64,000 nucleotides of DNA from an uncultured Bacteroidota bacterium (GTDB lineage: Bacteria; CLD3; SB21; JBBIRG01): assembly GCA_964609675.1 (NCBI GenBank), contig CAZSRX010000022.1:6888-70887 (forward strand), written 5' to 3'. This document shows positions 48,803 to 58,829 of this stretch, one piece after another (the stretch's first letter is position 1; each line of letters opens with the position of its first letter). The notes under the pieces were generated by a model that was not told the DNA's origin, made no database searches, and saw only the letters and a program-made list of their open reading frames with translations. A program made the translations under genes and the position numbers.

Positions 48803-49945
48803 TTATCCGATGGGTTTTTCATAAATACGGTAGGTCTTGTAAATCCGCCCGCCGAGCCGCTCAATCGGACGAATGATGGCGATATTATCTTCGAGAATCC
48901 ACGACATCTCCGCCCAGTTGTAACCCTTTTTCATGCCATCCACAAAATTATGATAATTCAGCGCGACATCAATACCAAGATTGCGGAATTCCTTAAGAAT
49001 ACCGAAAGTGACTACGCGGATGCGCCGGATTTTACCCGGTCGCGTATGCCACAGCAGTTTCAGTAAACCGAACGGAAACAACCGGCCGTTGCGTATCTTT
49101 ATCATCGCCTGATTGATGTCAGGAATAGCCAGGGAAAAACCAATCGCCTGACCCTTGTGCTCGGCGATAAAAATGATATCCGGGTCAATGACCGGTTTCA
49201 TGGTTTTCGCCAGATGATAAAACTCATCGTCGGTCATGGGAACAAAACCCCAGTTTTTTTCCCAAGCGGAATTGTAAAGATGTTTGACAATTTCAATTTC
49301 TTCCCAGAATTTATTTTTCCGGAAAGTTCGTATGGTGACATTACTGCGTTTCAGGATCAGTTCGGTGCTGCGGGTGAGTCGTTCCGGAACGCCTTGTTTA
49401 TCGTCCACTTCAAGCGCCAATAAATCCTTAGCTTTGGTAAAGCCGTTAGCCTCAATAAGTGCGGGATAATATTTCGGGTTATAACTCATCATGATAACCG
49501 GCGGGGAATCGAATCCGTCAACCAGCAGTCCATACTCGTCGTTGCTGGAAAAACTTGCCGGCCCCTGCATACGCGTCATCCCGCGGTTAGCTAGAAACTG
49601 CTCGGCGTTTTTAAAAAGCTCAGCCGCCGCTTCCGGGTCGTTGGCGCATTCAAACAATCCGAAAAATCCTGTCTGGTCTTCATGAAACCGGTTGTGATTA
49701 TGGTTGACAATCGCCGCAATGCGACCAACCATTTCTTCACCGCGGAATGCTCCGAAAAATCCGATATCCGCATGATTAAAAAAAGGATTCTTCTTCGGAT
49801 TGAGAAATTCTTTCCGTTCCATAATCAGCGGCGGTACCCAGTTAGAATCACCGGCATATATCTTCCATGGAAAACGGATAAAATCGTTAATCCGTTTTCC
49901 GTCCATAATTCTTACCGTAATGGCGCTCAATGTTCGTCCCTTCAA
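48803..49945 (-). CDS. Hypothetical GNAT-fold / FemAB-like N-acyltransferase
   Basis: 380 aa. Weak resemblance to BioF2-like / Acetyltransf_6 acyltransferases. Clustered with the PAP2 and epimerase genes. Confidence 0.35.
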   Translation of the reverse strand: MKGRTLSAITVRIMDGKRINDFIRFPWKIYAGDSNWVPPLIMERKEFLNPKKNPFFNHADIGFFGAFRGEEMVGRIAAIVNHNHNRFHEDQTGFFGLFECANDPEAAAELFKNAEQFLANRGMTRMQGPASFSSNDEYGLLVDGFDSPPVIMMSYNPKYYPALIEANGFTKAKDLLALEVDDKQGVPERLTRSTELILKRSNVTIRTFRKNKFWEEIEIVKHLYNSAWEKNWGFVPMTDDEFYHLAKTMKPVIDPDIIFIAEHKGQAIGFSLAIPDINQAMIKIRNGRLFPFGLLKLLWHTRPGKIRRIRVVTFGILKEFRNLGIDVALNYHNFVDGMKKGYNWAEMSWILEDNIAIIRPIERLGGRIYKTYRIYEKPIG

Positions 49946-50592
49946 CCGTTAATATTTTAAATAAATATTAAAATAAATAAATCATTCAAATTAATCAATA
50001 AAAACAATTACCTTCTGCAACCGGCGCGTACACCGCGTTTCCGCCGCTACCGTCCGGTAAGTGTTTTCTTCCTGTAAACTCTGCGGCGATATTTTAAGAA
50101 AATCTTATTCACTTACATATTTTCAGATTTCATCAGGGAGGTATTAAAATAAAACAAATCCTGCGGCTTTTATGTTGGTTATGCATTACAATACCATTCG
50201 CTGTTTACGCCGGATGACCTGAACCGGTAACGGTAGTCAAGACAGAAAAAGGAAAAACGGTTACAATAAAAGGGGATCTTAAAAACGACGCCTTTATCGA
50301 GGATCTGAGTCTGTATGCGTACCAAATGGCACGACCAGCTTCCGCGTGGTACCTAACCTCGCTTCCTGCGTGGCCTGTGAAGCTGACCATAAATGGGACC
50401 GTCCGAAAAAAAGGCAAAACTCAGGATCCCACACGCTCCGTAGAAATGAATTCCCTAAAGAACCCTTACAATAACGTCATCGCTGTAACCGGCCCTCAAG
50501 AAGCGGTGAGCGGCGCGTTTACGCTGACGATTGACTGAAGTAATCCTTCCTGATTGATTAAATATCAAGTTGTCATTGTATGACAGTTTTTT

Positions 50593-53500
50593 TTATTTTT
50601 GGAGCTCGGCAACGACTGCATTCATGTCCTGATACCGTCTTTCAGGATCTTTTTCCAGACAGCGCATAATCACCGTCTCCAGGTCGGGCGGACAGTCCGT
50701 TACGACCGTCGAAGGACGCGGCGGGGCATCCGTGAATATCGAGTGTATCAGCGCGATTTCATTATCGCCGCGGAACGGAAGCCGGCCGGTGACCATTTCA
50801 TAAAGCACCACGCCGAAGGAAAACATATCGCTGCGCGCGTCGGTTGTTAAACCGCTAACCTGCTCCGGGGCTACGTATCCCAGCGTGCCGATGGCCGTAC
50901 CGGTTTGGGTTAAACCGGTCATCAGCGCCGATTTGGACAATCCGAAATCCATGATCTTCGGCACGCCGTTTTCGTCCAGCATGATATTATCGCTTTTCAG
51001 GTCGCGGTGAATAATCCCCTTCCGGTGCATGTACGCCAGTCCTGATGCCACGGATACCGCTATGTCGCGCAGGCAACACTGTTCCATACCGGTTTGCTTT
51101 TGAATGCGCGCTTTCAGACTCCCTCCGGTAAGCCATTCCATGGCAATATATCCCGTACCCTGCCAGTAGCCTGCGGCGAATACCTTAACAATATTCGGAT
51201 GATCCAGCGTCGCCAGAATCTGTGATTCCCGCTCAAACCGAACACGGATATCAGGCTCCGAGAGGGCTTTCGGGTGAATGACCTTCAGCGCCACTTCTTT
51301 GCCATTGCTCCGGTCCCGCGCGCGGTAAACGATGCCCATGGCGCCTTCGCCGAGCGGTGCCAGAATTTTATAATGCGCAATCCAATGCCTTCGACGCCAT
51401 TGCTGAAAACGGTTCCAGACACTGGAACCTCTTCGGTACAAAACCGGCAATAGAATAATCAGGGTAACCGTTGCCGCCAGCCGGAACCACCAGGTTTGCC
51501 ATACCGCCGGCCGGATATGAATCGGCCACTGATACTCCCGGCTGACAGCGCCGTAAATGTTTCTGGCCCGTATTCGCAGTACATACGCGCCGGGATCCAG
51601 ATTGGTGTATGAAATGTAATCGCGCTCACTCCAGTTGCGATATTCATAATCAAAACCGTCAAGGTAAAACTGATACATCAACCCGCGCCGGTACCTGAAA
51701 TCGATACCGGTAACTTCAAACGCCAGATCATTCTGGTCATACGACAAACGGCTCAGAGCGGATACGGCCAGCCATTGATCCTTCATTCTGATTTGCTCTA
51801 TATAAACCGTCGGCGCGCTTGCGTCTGCTTGGTTGGGACGATGACGGTACACGGTTAATCCGGTAGGCGTTCCTAACCATAAAGCGCCTTCACGGTCGCA
51901 CCGAAACGCGTTCTCATTCACGGCGTCGTCAAATAAGCCGTGATCATGGGTTATCAGCCTGAACGAATCGCCTTCCATAACTGCCAGCCCTTTAAGGGTC
52001 GCAATCCACAGCCTATGGGTAGAATCTTCGGCCAAACCGGATATGGTATTAGACGGTAAACCGTCCCGTTGCATAAAATATTTCAGCGAGTCATGAAAAT
52101 ATTTCACGAGCCCGTGTGTCCGCGTGGCCAGCCATAGGGCGCCGTCGGACGTTTCAAGTATGGAGGATACATAGCGGCTTTTCAACCCGCTCCGCTTGTT
52201 GAAATTTTCAATAACCGGCGCATCCTCGGTTTTATTCTTCGCTGAAATGAAACTGACGCCGCCGGCTTCCTTCATCCGCGACGGCTGGGCGCATCCGAAC
52301 CAAAGATTGCCGCGGCGATCTTCATAAATGGCCAGCACGCGTTGGCCTGCCAATCCGTGATTTAAGTTAAACACGTCCAGCTTACCGTTCTTTCCATACC
52401 GAATCACGCCGTCGACATCGGTTCCGAACCACATTTGTCCGCGGGAATCTTCAAAGATACACTGGACATCATTTAGTCTGATTTGATCCGCCATAAACCG
52501 GATGAAGCGCTTCCCGTCAAAGCGTACCAAACCCATGCCGAACGAACTGATCCATAAATTTTTATGAGAATCTTCAAAAATCGTATACAGACTGTTTGTC
52601 GGCAATCCATGTTGGGTACGGTAGGTCTGCCACCGGGCACCGTCGTAGAAGGATAAACCCTTCTCATGGCATACCGCCCAGTATCTTCCCGAATGATCCT
52701 GCAATATGGATAACACGTTATTATCGGGAAGACCGGTATCTTCATCAAAGTGAACCGCAGGAAAATCAGTCCACTTACACAGGCCGCCCGACATGGGAGC
52801 CATCCAAACAGAGTTCTGGCGATCCTGATAAACACAGGCGATCTGGTTCTCCGGAAGCCCGTTCTCGATGGTTATACGCTGAATTTTTTCACCGTCCGCA
52901 ATCAACAGGCCGTCGCCGCGTGTTGCCGCCAGAATGCGGTTCCGCCGGTCACGATACAAACCGAAGATTCTTCGGGATAAATAAACGAACCCGGAACGCG
53001 CGGTATCCACTGCATAGCGCTCCCCTCTTACGCGCAGGAAGCCCGCGCCGTTGTTGAATGAGGCCACCCGATATTCACCGGCGCCGGTTTCAATAATTCC
53101 GGAAATACCCGCGGAATAATCGTCAAACATGCCTATCGTATCGCATTGGTTCCTCCTTATGTGATATAAAAAACCGGACATATCGCCGCACCACACGGTC
53201 CCGTCACCGGCTATCAGCACATTATTGATGACCTTACCCGATAAAAAATATTCCCACACGGCCGAATCCGTACCGGCTTGGATATGCATGCGGCAGAGGC
53301 CTTGCTTGGTTCCAATCCACAGTCCGCCGCTGTCGGCAGCCAGCGCAAGCACGGAATTATCGTTAAGCCCATCGGCCGCTTCATAAACACGGAATTCGTA
53401 GCCGCCGAAATCATTCCGAACCACGCGCGTGAGCCCCCCGCCCAGGGTCCCAACCCACAGGACATGGTTGCGGTCTTCAATAATCGGCCGGCAAAAGTCG

Positions 53501-53733
53501 TGAGCCAATCCGTGCTCGGAGGTGAAGTGCATAAACCGTTTTCCGTTAAACCTTACCAGCCCGCCCTGCGTGGTAAACCACATATTTCCGAGGTGATCCT
53601 GCAGCATGCCTTCTACGGAGTAGGGCGGCAGGCCGTCGGCAGCGCCGTAAACGGTTATCGGCAATTTCTGCGGATAAACCGATACCGCAAATCCGGCAAC
53701 CAGTAAAAATATTGTAATGATTTTATTAAACAC
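50593..53733 (-). CDS. Eukaryotic-like Ser/Thr protein kinase with N-terminal periplasmic propeller-repeat and Y_Y_Y sensor region
   Basis: Signal peptide. Propeller repeats of the form W(I/L)GTxxGL. Y_Y_Y region (YQFYLDGFDYEYRNW). TM (WWFRLAATVTLIILLPVLY). Hanks kinase motifs GEGAMGIVYRARD, VALKVI, HRDLKSDNIML, DFGLS and GTLGYVAPE. Confidence 0.85.
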   Translation of the reverse strand: MFNKIITIFLLVAGFAVSVYPQKLPITVYGAADGLPPYSVEGMLQDHLGNMWFTTQGGLVRFNGKRFMHFTSEHGLAHDFCRPIIEDRNHVLWVGTLGGGLTRVVRNDFGGYEFRVYEAADGLNDNSVLALAADSGGLWIGTKQGLCRMHIQAGTDSAVWEYFLSGKVINNVLIAGDGTVWCGDMSGFLYHIRRNQCDTIGMFDDYSAGISGIIETGAGEYRVASFNNGAGFLRVRGERYAVDTARSGFVYLSRRIFGLYRDRRNRILAATRGDGLLIADGEKIQRITIENGLPENQIACVYQDRQNSVWMAPMSGGLCKWTDFPAVHFDEDTGLPDNNVLSILQDHSGRYWAVCHEKGLSFYDGARWQTYRTQHGLPTNSLYTIFEDSHKNLWISSFGMGLVRFDGKRFIRFMADQIRLNDVQCIFEDSRGQMWFGTDVDGVIRYGKNGKLDVFNLNHGLAGQRVLAIYEDRRGNLWFGCAQPSRMKEAGGVSFISAKNKTEDAPVIENFNKRSGLKSRYVSSILETSDGALWLATRTHGLVKYFHDSLKYFMQRDGLPSNTISGLAEDSTHRLWIATLKGLAVMEGDSFRLITHDHGLFDDAVNENAFRCDREGALWLGTPTGLTVYRHRPNQADASAPTVYIEQIRMKDQWLAVSALSRLSYDQNDLAFEVTGIDFRYRRGLMYQFYLDGFDYEYRNWSERDYISYTNLDPGAYVLRIRARNIYGAVSREYQWPIHIRPAVWQTWWFRLAATVTLIILLPVLYRRGSSVWNRFQQWRRRHWIAHYKILAPLGEGAMGIVYRARDRSNGKEVALKVIHPKALSEPDIRVRFERESQILATLDHPNIVKVFAAGYWQGTGYIAMEWLTGGSLKARIQKQTGMEQCCLRDIAVSVASGLAYMHRKGIIHRDLKSDNIMLDENGVPKIMDFGLSKSALMTGLTQTGTAIGTLGYVAPEQVSGLTTDARSDMFSFGVVLYEMVTGRLPFRGDNEIALIHSIFTDAPPRPSTVVTDCPPDLETVIMRCLEKDPERRYQDMNAVVAELQK

Positions 53734-54607
53734 GCATGCACCTCCTTATGGCCTCAATATGGTCCGGTGTGGTACCGCAGCAACCGCCCACTACGAAGAG
53801 CCGGTAATCCTCAATCCATTTCTGGACAGTCTCGGCGTAGGCTTCCGGCGGAAGACTGAAATCAAAACCGGTATTTTTGTTTTTCTGATTCGACAATATG
53901 TTGGCGTAAGCGCCGTTCCGTCCGTCATAAATCGTGCGCATCATCCGTAGATTGCCGGCCAGAATATCCACCGTAGCGCAATTGACCATAATAACATCCG
54001 CGCCCCGGGCTTCGGCCTCCCGAACCGCTTCCGTCAGCGGTTCGCCGCTCAGTAAGGATTCCTCATCGCCGCAGACAAATCCTGCAAATACCGGCAGGCC
54101 GGTCTGTCGCGCATATTCGAGCGCGATGACGGCTTCGCGCAGGGTGTTCATGGTTTCAATCAGAATAATATCCGCGCCGGCTTCGTAAAGATAATCGATA
54201 TGCCGGTGATGTTCGGAAATTAATTCCGCGTTGGGCGGAACCCTATCCGGTACATAGCAATCCTCCACCGGCGCAACGGAACCGGCGATATACACTGCGT
54301 GTCCGGGACGGCTTTCGTCAATGGCGCGGCGCACTGCGTCGATAGCCGTACGCGTCATGGTTTTTGTCTGGGATTCCAGGCCGGTTTTTTTAAGCGTTCG
54401 TATATTCGTGCGAAAGGTATTGGCGGTAATTACGTCTGCGCCGGCCCGAATATAATCCGCATGAATATTCTTTAAAACGTTACGTCCTTCGCCGGTCAGC
54501 AGCGCCGCCGCTGACCATAAGGGCAGGTCAATCCGTACGCCCCGCCGTTCCAGTTCAGAACCTGTGGCGCCATCCAGCAGTAAAACTTTATACCGGGTGA
54601 TATCCAT
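53726..54607 (-). CDS. Homocysteine S-methyltransferase (MmuM-like)
   Basis: LLDGATGSELERRG and C-terminal GGCCGTTPDHI zinc-site motifs. Confidence 0.85.
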   Translation of the reverse strand: MDITRYKVLLLDGATGSELERRGVRIDLPLWSAAALLTGEGRNVLKNIHADYIRAGADVITANTFRTNIRTLKKTGLESQTKTMTRTAIDAVRRAIDESRPGHAVYIAGSVAPVEDCYVPDRVPPNAELISEHHRHIDYLYEAGADIILIETMNTLREAVIALEYARQTGLPVFAGFVCGDEESLLSGEPLTEAVREAEARGADVIMVNCATVDILAGNLRMMRTIYDGRNGAYANILSNQKNKNTGFDFSLPPEAYAETVQKWIEDYRLFVVGGCCGTTPDHIEAIRRCMRV

Positions 54608-54978
54608 AAACGCGTTGTATGATTTTCGTATGCTGTCGTTTAAGATAAATAAATTTTTTAAATTATGAAAATAATGATTTATACTGTCCGGGTACCAACC
54701 GCTTTTTTATTTAAACGCCTTTATCCCGGTTGATAAAGAATATCGCAACCGGTTCGCAGGGTTTCAGATAAAAACAATATGCCATCGAGCCCCTCAAACG
54801 CGATTCAATGCATTAAGGGGATTGAGCCGGTTCATAAGCGTGTTGGCATTCAGTTGGACGACCAGGACTGTCCTTTGTTGAGGATGAGAATGATTCAAAT
54901 GCTACGTCGGACTGTAACCTGTAATTTGAAGCGCTTTCACGAAAATTTTAAACCAGCGATAGGGCTGAGGGAATCCCA

Positions 54979-55605
54979 TCATCGGAGACGATTTTCGATA
55001 ATTCTCCAGATATCCGATGCGATAGCAACGGCCGTTTGTTGACCATCCATTACAATAATGCGTTCCGGCTCGTTTTGCGCCATCGTTAAATACCCCGCAC
55101 GTATGCGTTCGAAGAATGACCGCCCTTCGCTTTCCATACGGTCGCGAACGTTTTGCCCCTTGCGCCGACAGGATTCTTCCCACGTGACGTCGATGAAAAA
55201 GGTAACGTCCGGCTTCAGCCCTCCGGTTGCGATAGCGTTTGCCTGATGGATGGTGTCTAACGATATTCTGCGGCCGTAACCCTGATAGGCGGTGGTAGAA
55301 TCGTAAAACCGGTCCATGATGACGATATGGTTTTTCTCCAGGGCCGGTCGAATGGCTTCCGCCACGATTTGCGCGCGTGCGGCCTCATACAGCAGCAATT
55401 CGGTAATCGCGTTCATACCGTGATTTTTTGAGGATAACAGGATGTCGCGTATCTGTTCCGAAATGGAAGTGCTGCCCGGATCGCGCCAGGACTGCACCGT
55501 ATATCCGGCGTCCTTTAACCGCTGTTCCAGCCGCGCCGCCTGCGTTGTCTTGCCGCTCTGGTCAATCCCTTCGAAGGTGATGAATAGTCCCTGTTTCATA
55601 AACAT
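54979..55605 (-). CDS. tmk: Thymidylate kinase
   Basis: FITFEGIDQSGKTTQ P-loop, DRF..S..AYQG. Confidence 0.9.
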   Translation of the reverse strand: MFMKQGLFITFEGIDQSGKTTQAARLEQRLKDAGYTVQSWRDPGSTSISEQIRDILLSSKNHGMNAITELLLYEAARAQIVAEAIRPALEKNHIVIMDRFYDSTTAYQGYGRRISLDTIHQANAIATGGLKPDVTFFIDVTWEESCRRKGQNVRDRMESEGRSFFERIRAGYLTMAQNEPERIIVMDGQQTAVAIASDIWRIIENRLR

Positions 55606-55613
55606 CGTCCCAT

Positions 55614-56468
55614 TTATTGTACGGCGCCCTCTTTGTCCTTTGCTTTCGCTTCGTCCCAGTACACGTCCATCTCCGCAAGCGTGGCGTCTTTCATGTTTCG
55701 TTGCTGCTCCCGAAATCGTTTCTCGACATGCTGAAACCGCCGTATGAATTTTTCGATGGTGCCCCGCAACGCGTCTTCAGGATTGACGGGAAGAAAACGC
55801 GAAAGGTTTACTATCGAAAACAACAAATCGCCGAGTTCCTCTTCCATCTTCTCAGGACGATTCTGCTGCTGCGCGGCCTTGAGTTCATCGATTTCCTCGT
55901 GCACTTTTTTCCATACGTCATCGATATGCCCCCAGTCAAATCCCACGCGGGAGGCTTTTTCCTGGATACGGTAGGCGCGCACGAGCGCGGGCAGCAGTTT
56001 GGGTACGCCATCCAGCACGGAGTTACGGTCGGGCTCTTTCAGTTTAATCTGTTCCCAGTTTTCGAGCACCTGCCCGGCCCCGCTGACCTTCACTTCGCCG
56101 AATACGTGCGGATGCCGCCGGATTAATTTGTCGTTGATTTTACGCAGCACGTCCGTAACGGTGAAATCGCCGCGCTCGGACGCTATCAGCGAATGAAACA
56201 TGATCTGCAGCATCAAATCGCCCATTTCTTTGCCAAGTTCTTCATAATTCTTTGCGTCCAGCGACTGCAGGACCTCGTAGGTTTCTTCCAGCAGAAACTG
56301 CCGCAGGGAATCGTGGGTCTGTTCTTTGTCCCACGGGCATTTCGCGCGCAGTTCGCGCATGATGTTGTACAAACGGCCGAAATGATATTCCGCCTCGCGT
56401 TGATGTTCGTCAGACGGCACTGTAACGTGTTCGGTTTCGTATTCCAAAGATGAAATTTGTGGATTCAT
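55614..56468 (-). CDS. mazG: Nucleoside triphosphate pyrophosphohydrolase MazG
   Basis: Two tandem MazG repeats (LRAKCPWDKEQTHDSLRQFLLEETYEV...EELGDLLF). Confidence 0.85.
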   Translation of the reverse strand: MNPQISSLEYETEHVTVPSDEHQREAEYHFGRLYNIMRELRAKCPWDKEQTHDSLRQFLLEETYEVLQSLDAKNYEELGKEMGDLMLQIMFHSLIASERGDFTVTDVLRKINDKLIRRHPHVFGEVKVSGAGQVLENWEQIKLKEPDRNSVLDGVPKLLPALVRAYRIQEKASRVGFDWGHIDDVWKKVHEEIDELKAAQQQNRPEKMEEELGDLLFSIVNLSRFLPVNPEDALRGTIEKFIRRFQHVEKRFREQQRNMKDATLAEMDVYWDEAKAKDKEGAVQ

Positions 56469-56488
56469 AGGGGTCGGGTCATATAAGG

Positions 56489-58825
56489 TTATTTCAGGTT
56501 CTTTTTCAGTATATCTTCTATTTTTTTTCGGTAGTCATATACGAGGTCGCTGAATTTCCGGCTTTTTTTCATGTTATCGAAAGCCGGTTCCCGGTCAATT
56601 TCAGAAAAACGCATAAATCCTTTTCGGAGCGCCAACTCCATCCATTTCAGCGTGTTCTTTTCGTCTTTTTTTATCGAAGCCATACAGGCCAGCCGGTAAT
56701 AACCTTCAATGGCATTGGAATCGGATTGCACCTGAAGCGTGAATTGTTTGGCGGCGTCATCATATTTTTTCTGGCGGTAAAACCACTCGCCGTACAAACC
56801 GTTAAAATCGGAAGTTTTAACCCCCGTGGCTTTGGCCTGCCGCAAAGCATACGTAATATGCCGTTCCGCCTCCTGATAATTATTTTGCGCCATAAACAGC
56901 GCCGCCATAGCGCTCCGCAGCGACAGGTTCTGGCTGTCAATCGCTGCGGCTTTCTGATAGGCCGACAAAGCCATGGAAGGTTTATTCTGGCGCTGATAAA
57001 CCTGGCCGAGATCAATAAACGCATCGAGGTAGTTCGGATAGAGGGCAACCGCTTTCTCAAACTGAGCCGCCGCTTCATCCGGTTTCTGCAGGGCGCGCAG
57101 AATCACGCCGTACAGATAATACGACTCTGCGTTCGGGTGCAGACGGAGGCTTTTAAGAATTTCCAGTTCCGCTTCCTCATACCGCTTCTGCCGGATCAGC
57201 GTTTTACCGATCATCAGAATTGTTCGCGCATAATTATTCTTATCCAGCACCGCGTTGAGGTACGTGTTGTAAAATTTAAGCGCCTGCGGATACTTCTCCA
57301 TCGCAAAAAACGCCTCCGCCTGCAGATACGCGAGGCGCGCGACATCCGGCCGTGACAGTTGCGCCATTTGCAGATGATGAATCGCCTCCGATGGCTTATT
57401 CAGATAAATCTGCAGAATATAACCCAGCGCCGACCGGTACAGGTAGTCTTCCCGTGAACCCGATTCGGCATCCAGCAACCGTGTGGTAAGGGAGTCGGTG
57501 ACAGCGCGCAAGGCATCGGCCGGCTTATGTTTTCCGATTATCGTTTGAAACGGCTGAAAATCATTATTCCGGGGATTTTCCAGATCGGGGCGTAAGAGCG
57601 CGGCTTGCACATAAGCCGTGACGGCGGCCAATGTATCTTTTTTCTTAAAATATAACTGCGCGAGCGAAAGAAATGCCAGGGCGTCGGTCGAGTCCGTGTG
57701 CACCACCGATTGGTATAATGCCAGCGCTTCGCCGGTCTGCCCGCGCTGTCCATAGAGGCGCGCCAGATTTTTCTTGGCAGATATTTCCTGCGGATCCGAT
57801 TCCACGGCAAGCCGGAAATGGTTGACCGCCTGCGCCGTATCGCCCAGTGAAACCGCGCAAAGTCCCAGTAAATTCAGCGCTTCCGCGTGGCCGGGCTGCA
57901 TGGCGATAGCCTTCTTAGCCTGCACCGCAGCCAGCTCGTACTCCTTTTTGACATAATAGCAATATCCCGACTGAATCCACGAACGCATATCCTTCGGATC
58001 GACCTTCACGGCCTGAAGATAATACTGGCGCGCTAATGTCACCTGGTCTTTATGGTAATAATAAATATCGGCCACGGCGCGGTAATAGTCCGCGCTCAGC
58101 GAATCCGCACGGATCAGCGACTGATAGGTCCCGATGGCGGCGTCATAGCGCCGCTGGCCGACGTACAGACGCGCAAGGTGTTCATATCCCCGGCGAAAGT
58201 TACTGTCGATCTGTACGGCGCGTTTCAGCCATATCTCCGCGCTGTCCAGAGAACTGTTCCGTCTTTCGGCGCTTACTGCGGCAAAGTACCAGCGAGCGGC
58301 TTTCGGATTACGGCTAAGCTGAATCGCATCCTTGATTTTTTTGGTGTTTGTTTTATTGAAACGGCCGGATATTTTCAGCAAATCGGAAAGTATCTTTTCC
58401 GGATAAGCCAGTATAGCGGCGGGATCATCGGCGCGTTCGGACAGCAGGGTAATCGATACTTCCTTCGGTTTTTTTACGTCCAACGCCGTCCAGTGAAAAT
58501 AGATCATGTTTTTCTGGAAAAAAATTTCGGCGGCTAATACCCAGCGCGCCCGAACCGGCGCAGCGGTTTGGGCCATCTCAGCCGCGCCGGGCAAGCCGAC
58601 AGCGCGGATCGGTTGAATATCGGCAACGTAATAACCGGTAATCGTTTTTACGCCGCCGGACAGGCCCTCCTCGAGGGCCGCTTGAATCCATCGCAGGCTG
58701 TCGGGAAACGTGTCGCTGACCGCCACCGGATATATCAAAACCGTGTCCGGCGCGGATACAGCCATTTTCTGTGCAAACCCGGCAGCGGGCAGCAACAGCC
58801 ATAACAGGAACAAATAATGTTTCAT
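56489..58825 (-). CDS. Secreted TPR-repeat protein
   Basis: Signal peptide followed by more than 15 TPR-like 34-aa repeats (A..Y..AL...P....A...LG..Y). Confidence 0.8.
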   Translation of the reverse strand: MKHYLFLLWLLLPAAGFAQKMAVSAPDTVLIYPVAVSDTFPDSLRWIQAALEEGLSGGVKTITGYYVADIQPIRAVGLPGAAEMAQTAAPVRARWVLAAEIFFQKNMIYFHWTALDVKKPKEVSITLLSERADDPAAILAYPEKILSDLLKISGRFNKTNTKKIKDAIQLSRNPKAARWYFAAVSAERRNSSLDSAEIWLKRAVQIDSNFRRGYEHLARLYVGQRRYDAAIGTYQSLIRADSLSADYYRAVADIYYYHKDQVTLARQYYLQAVKVDPKDMRSWIQSGYCYYVKKEYELAAVQAKKAIAMQPGHAEALNLLGLCAVSLGDTAQAVNHFRLAVESDPQEISAKKNLARLYGQRGQTGEALALYQSVVHTDSTDALAFLSLAQLYFKKKDTLAAVTAYVQAALLRPDLENPRNNDFQPFQTIIGKHKPADALRAVTDSLTTRLLDAESGSREDYLYRSALGYILQIYLNKPSEAIHHLQMAQLSRPDVARLAYLQAEAFFAMEKYPQALKFYNTYLNAVLDKNNYARTILMIGKTLIRQKRYEEAELEILKSLRLHPNAESYYLYGVILRALQKPDEAAAQFEKAVALYPNYLDAFIDLGQVYQRQNKPSMALSAYQKAAAIDSQNLSLRSAMAALFMAQNNYQEAERHITYALRQAKATGVKTSDFNGLYGEWFYRQKKYDDAAKQFTLQVQSDSNAIEGYYRLACMASIKKDEKNTLKWMELALRKGFMRFSEIDREPAFDNMKKSRKFSDLVYDYRKKIEDILKKNLK

Positions 58826-58829
58826 GATT

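Noticed and set aside
54608-54978. A 370-bp leader upstream of the homocysteine S-methyltransferase gene, considered as a possible SAM/SAH riboswitch
   Set aside because: Only generic hairpins were seen, with no recognisable SAM-I, SAM-II or SAH conserved cores. This cannot be supported without a covariance-model search.
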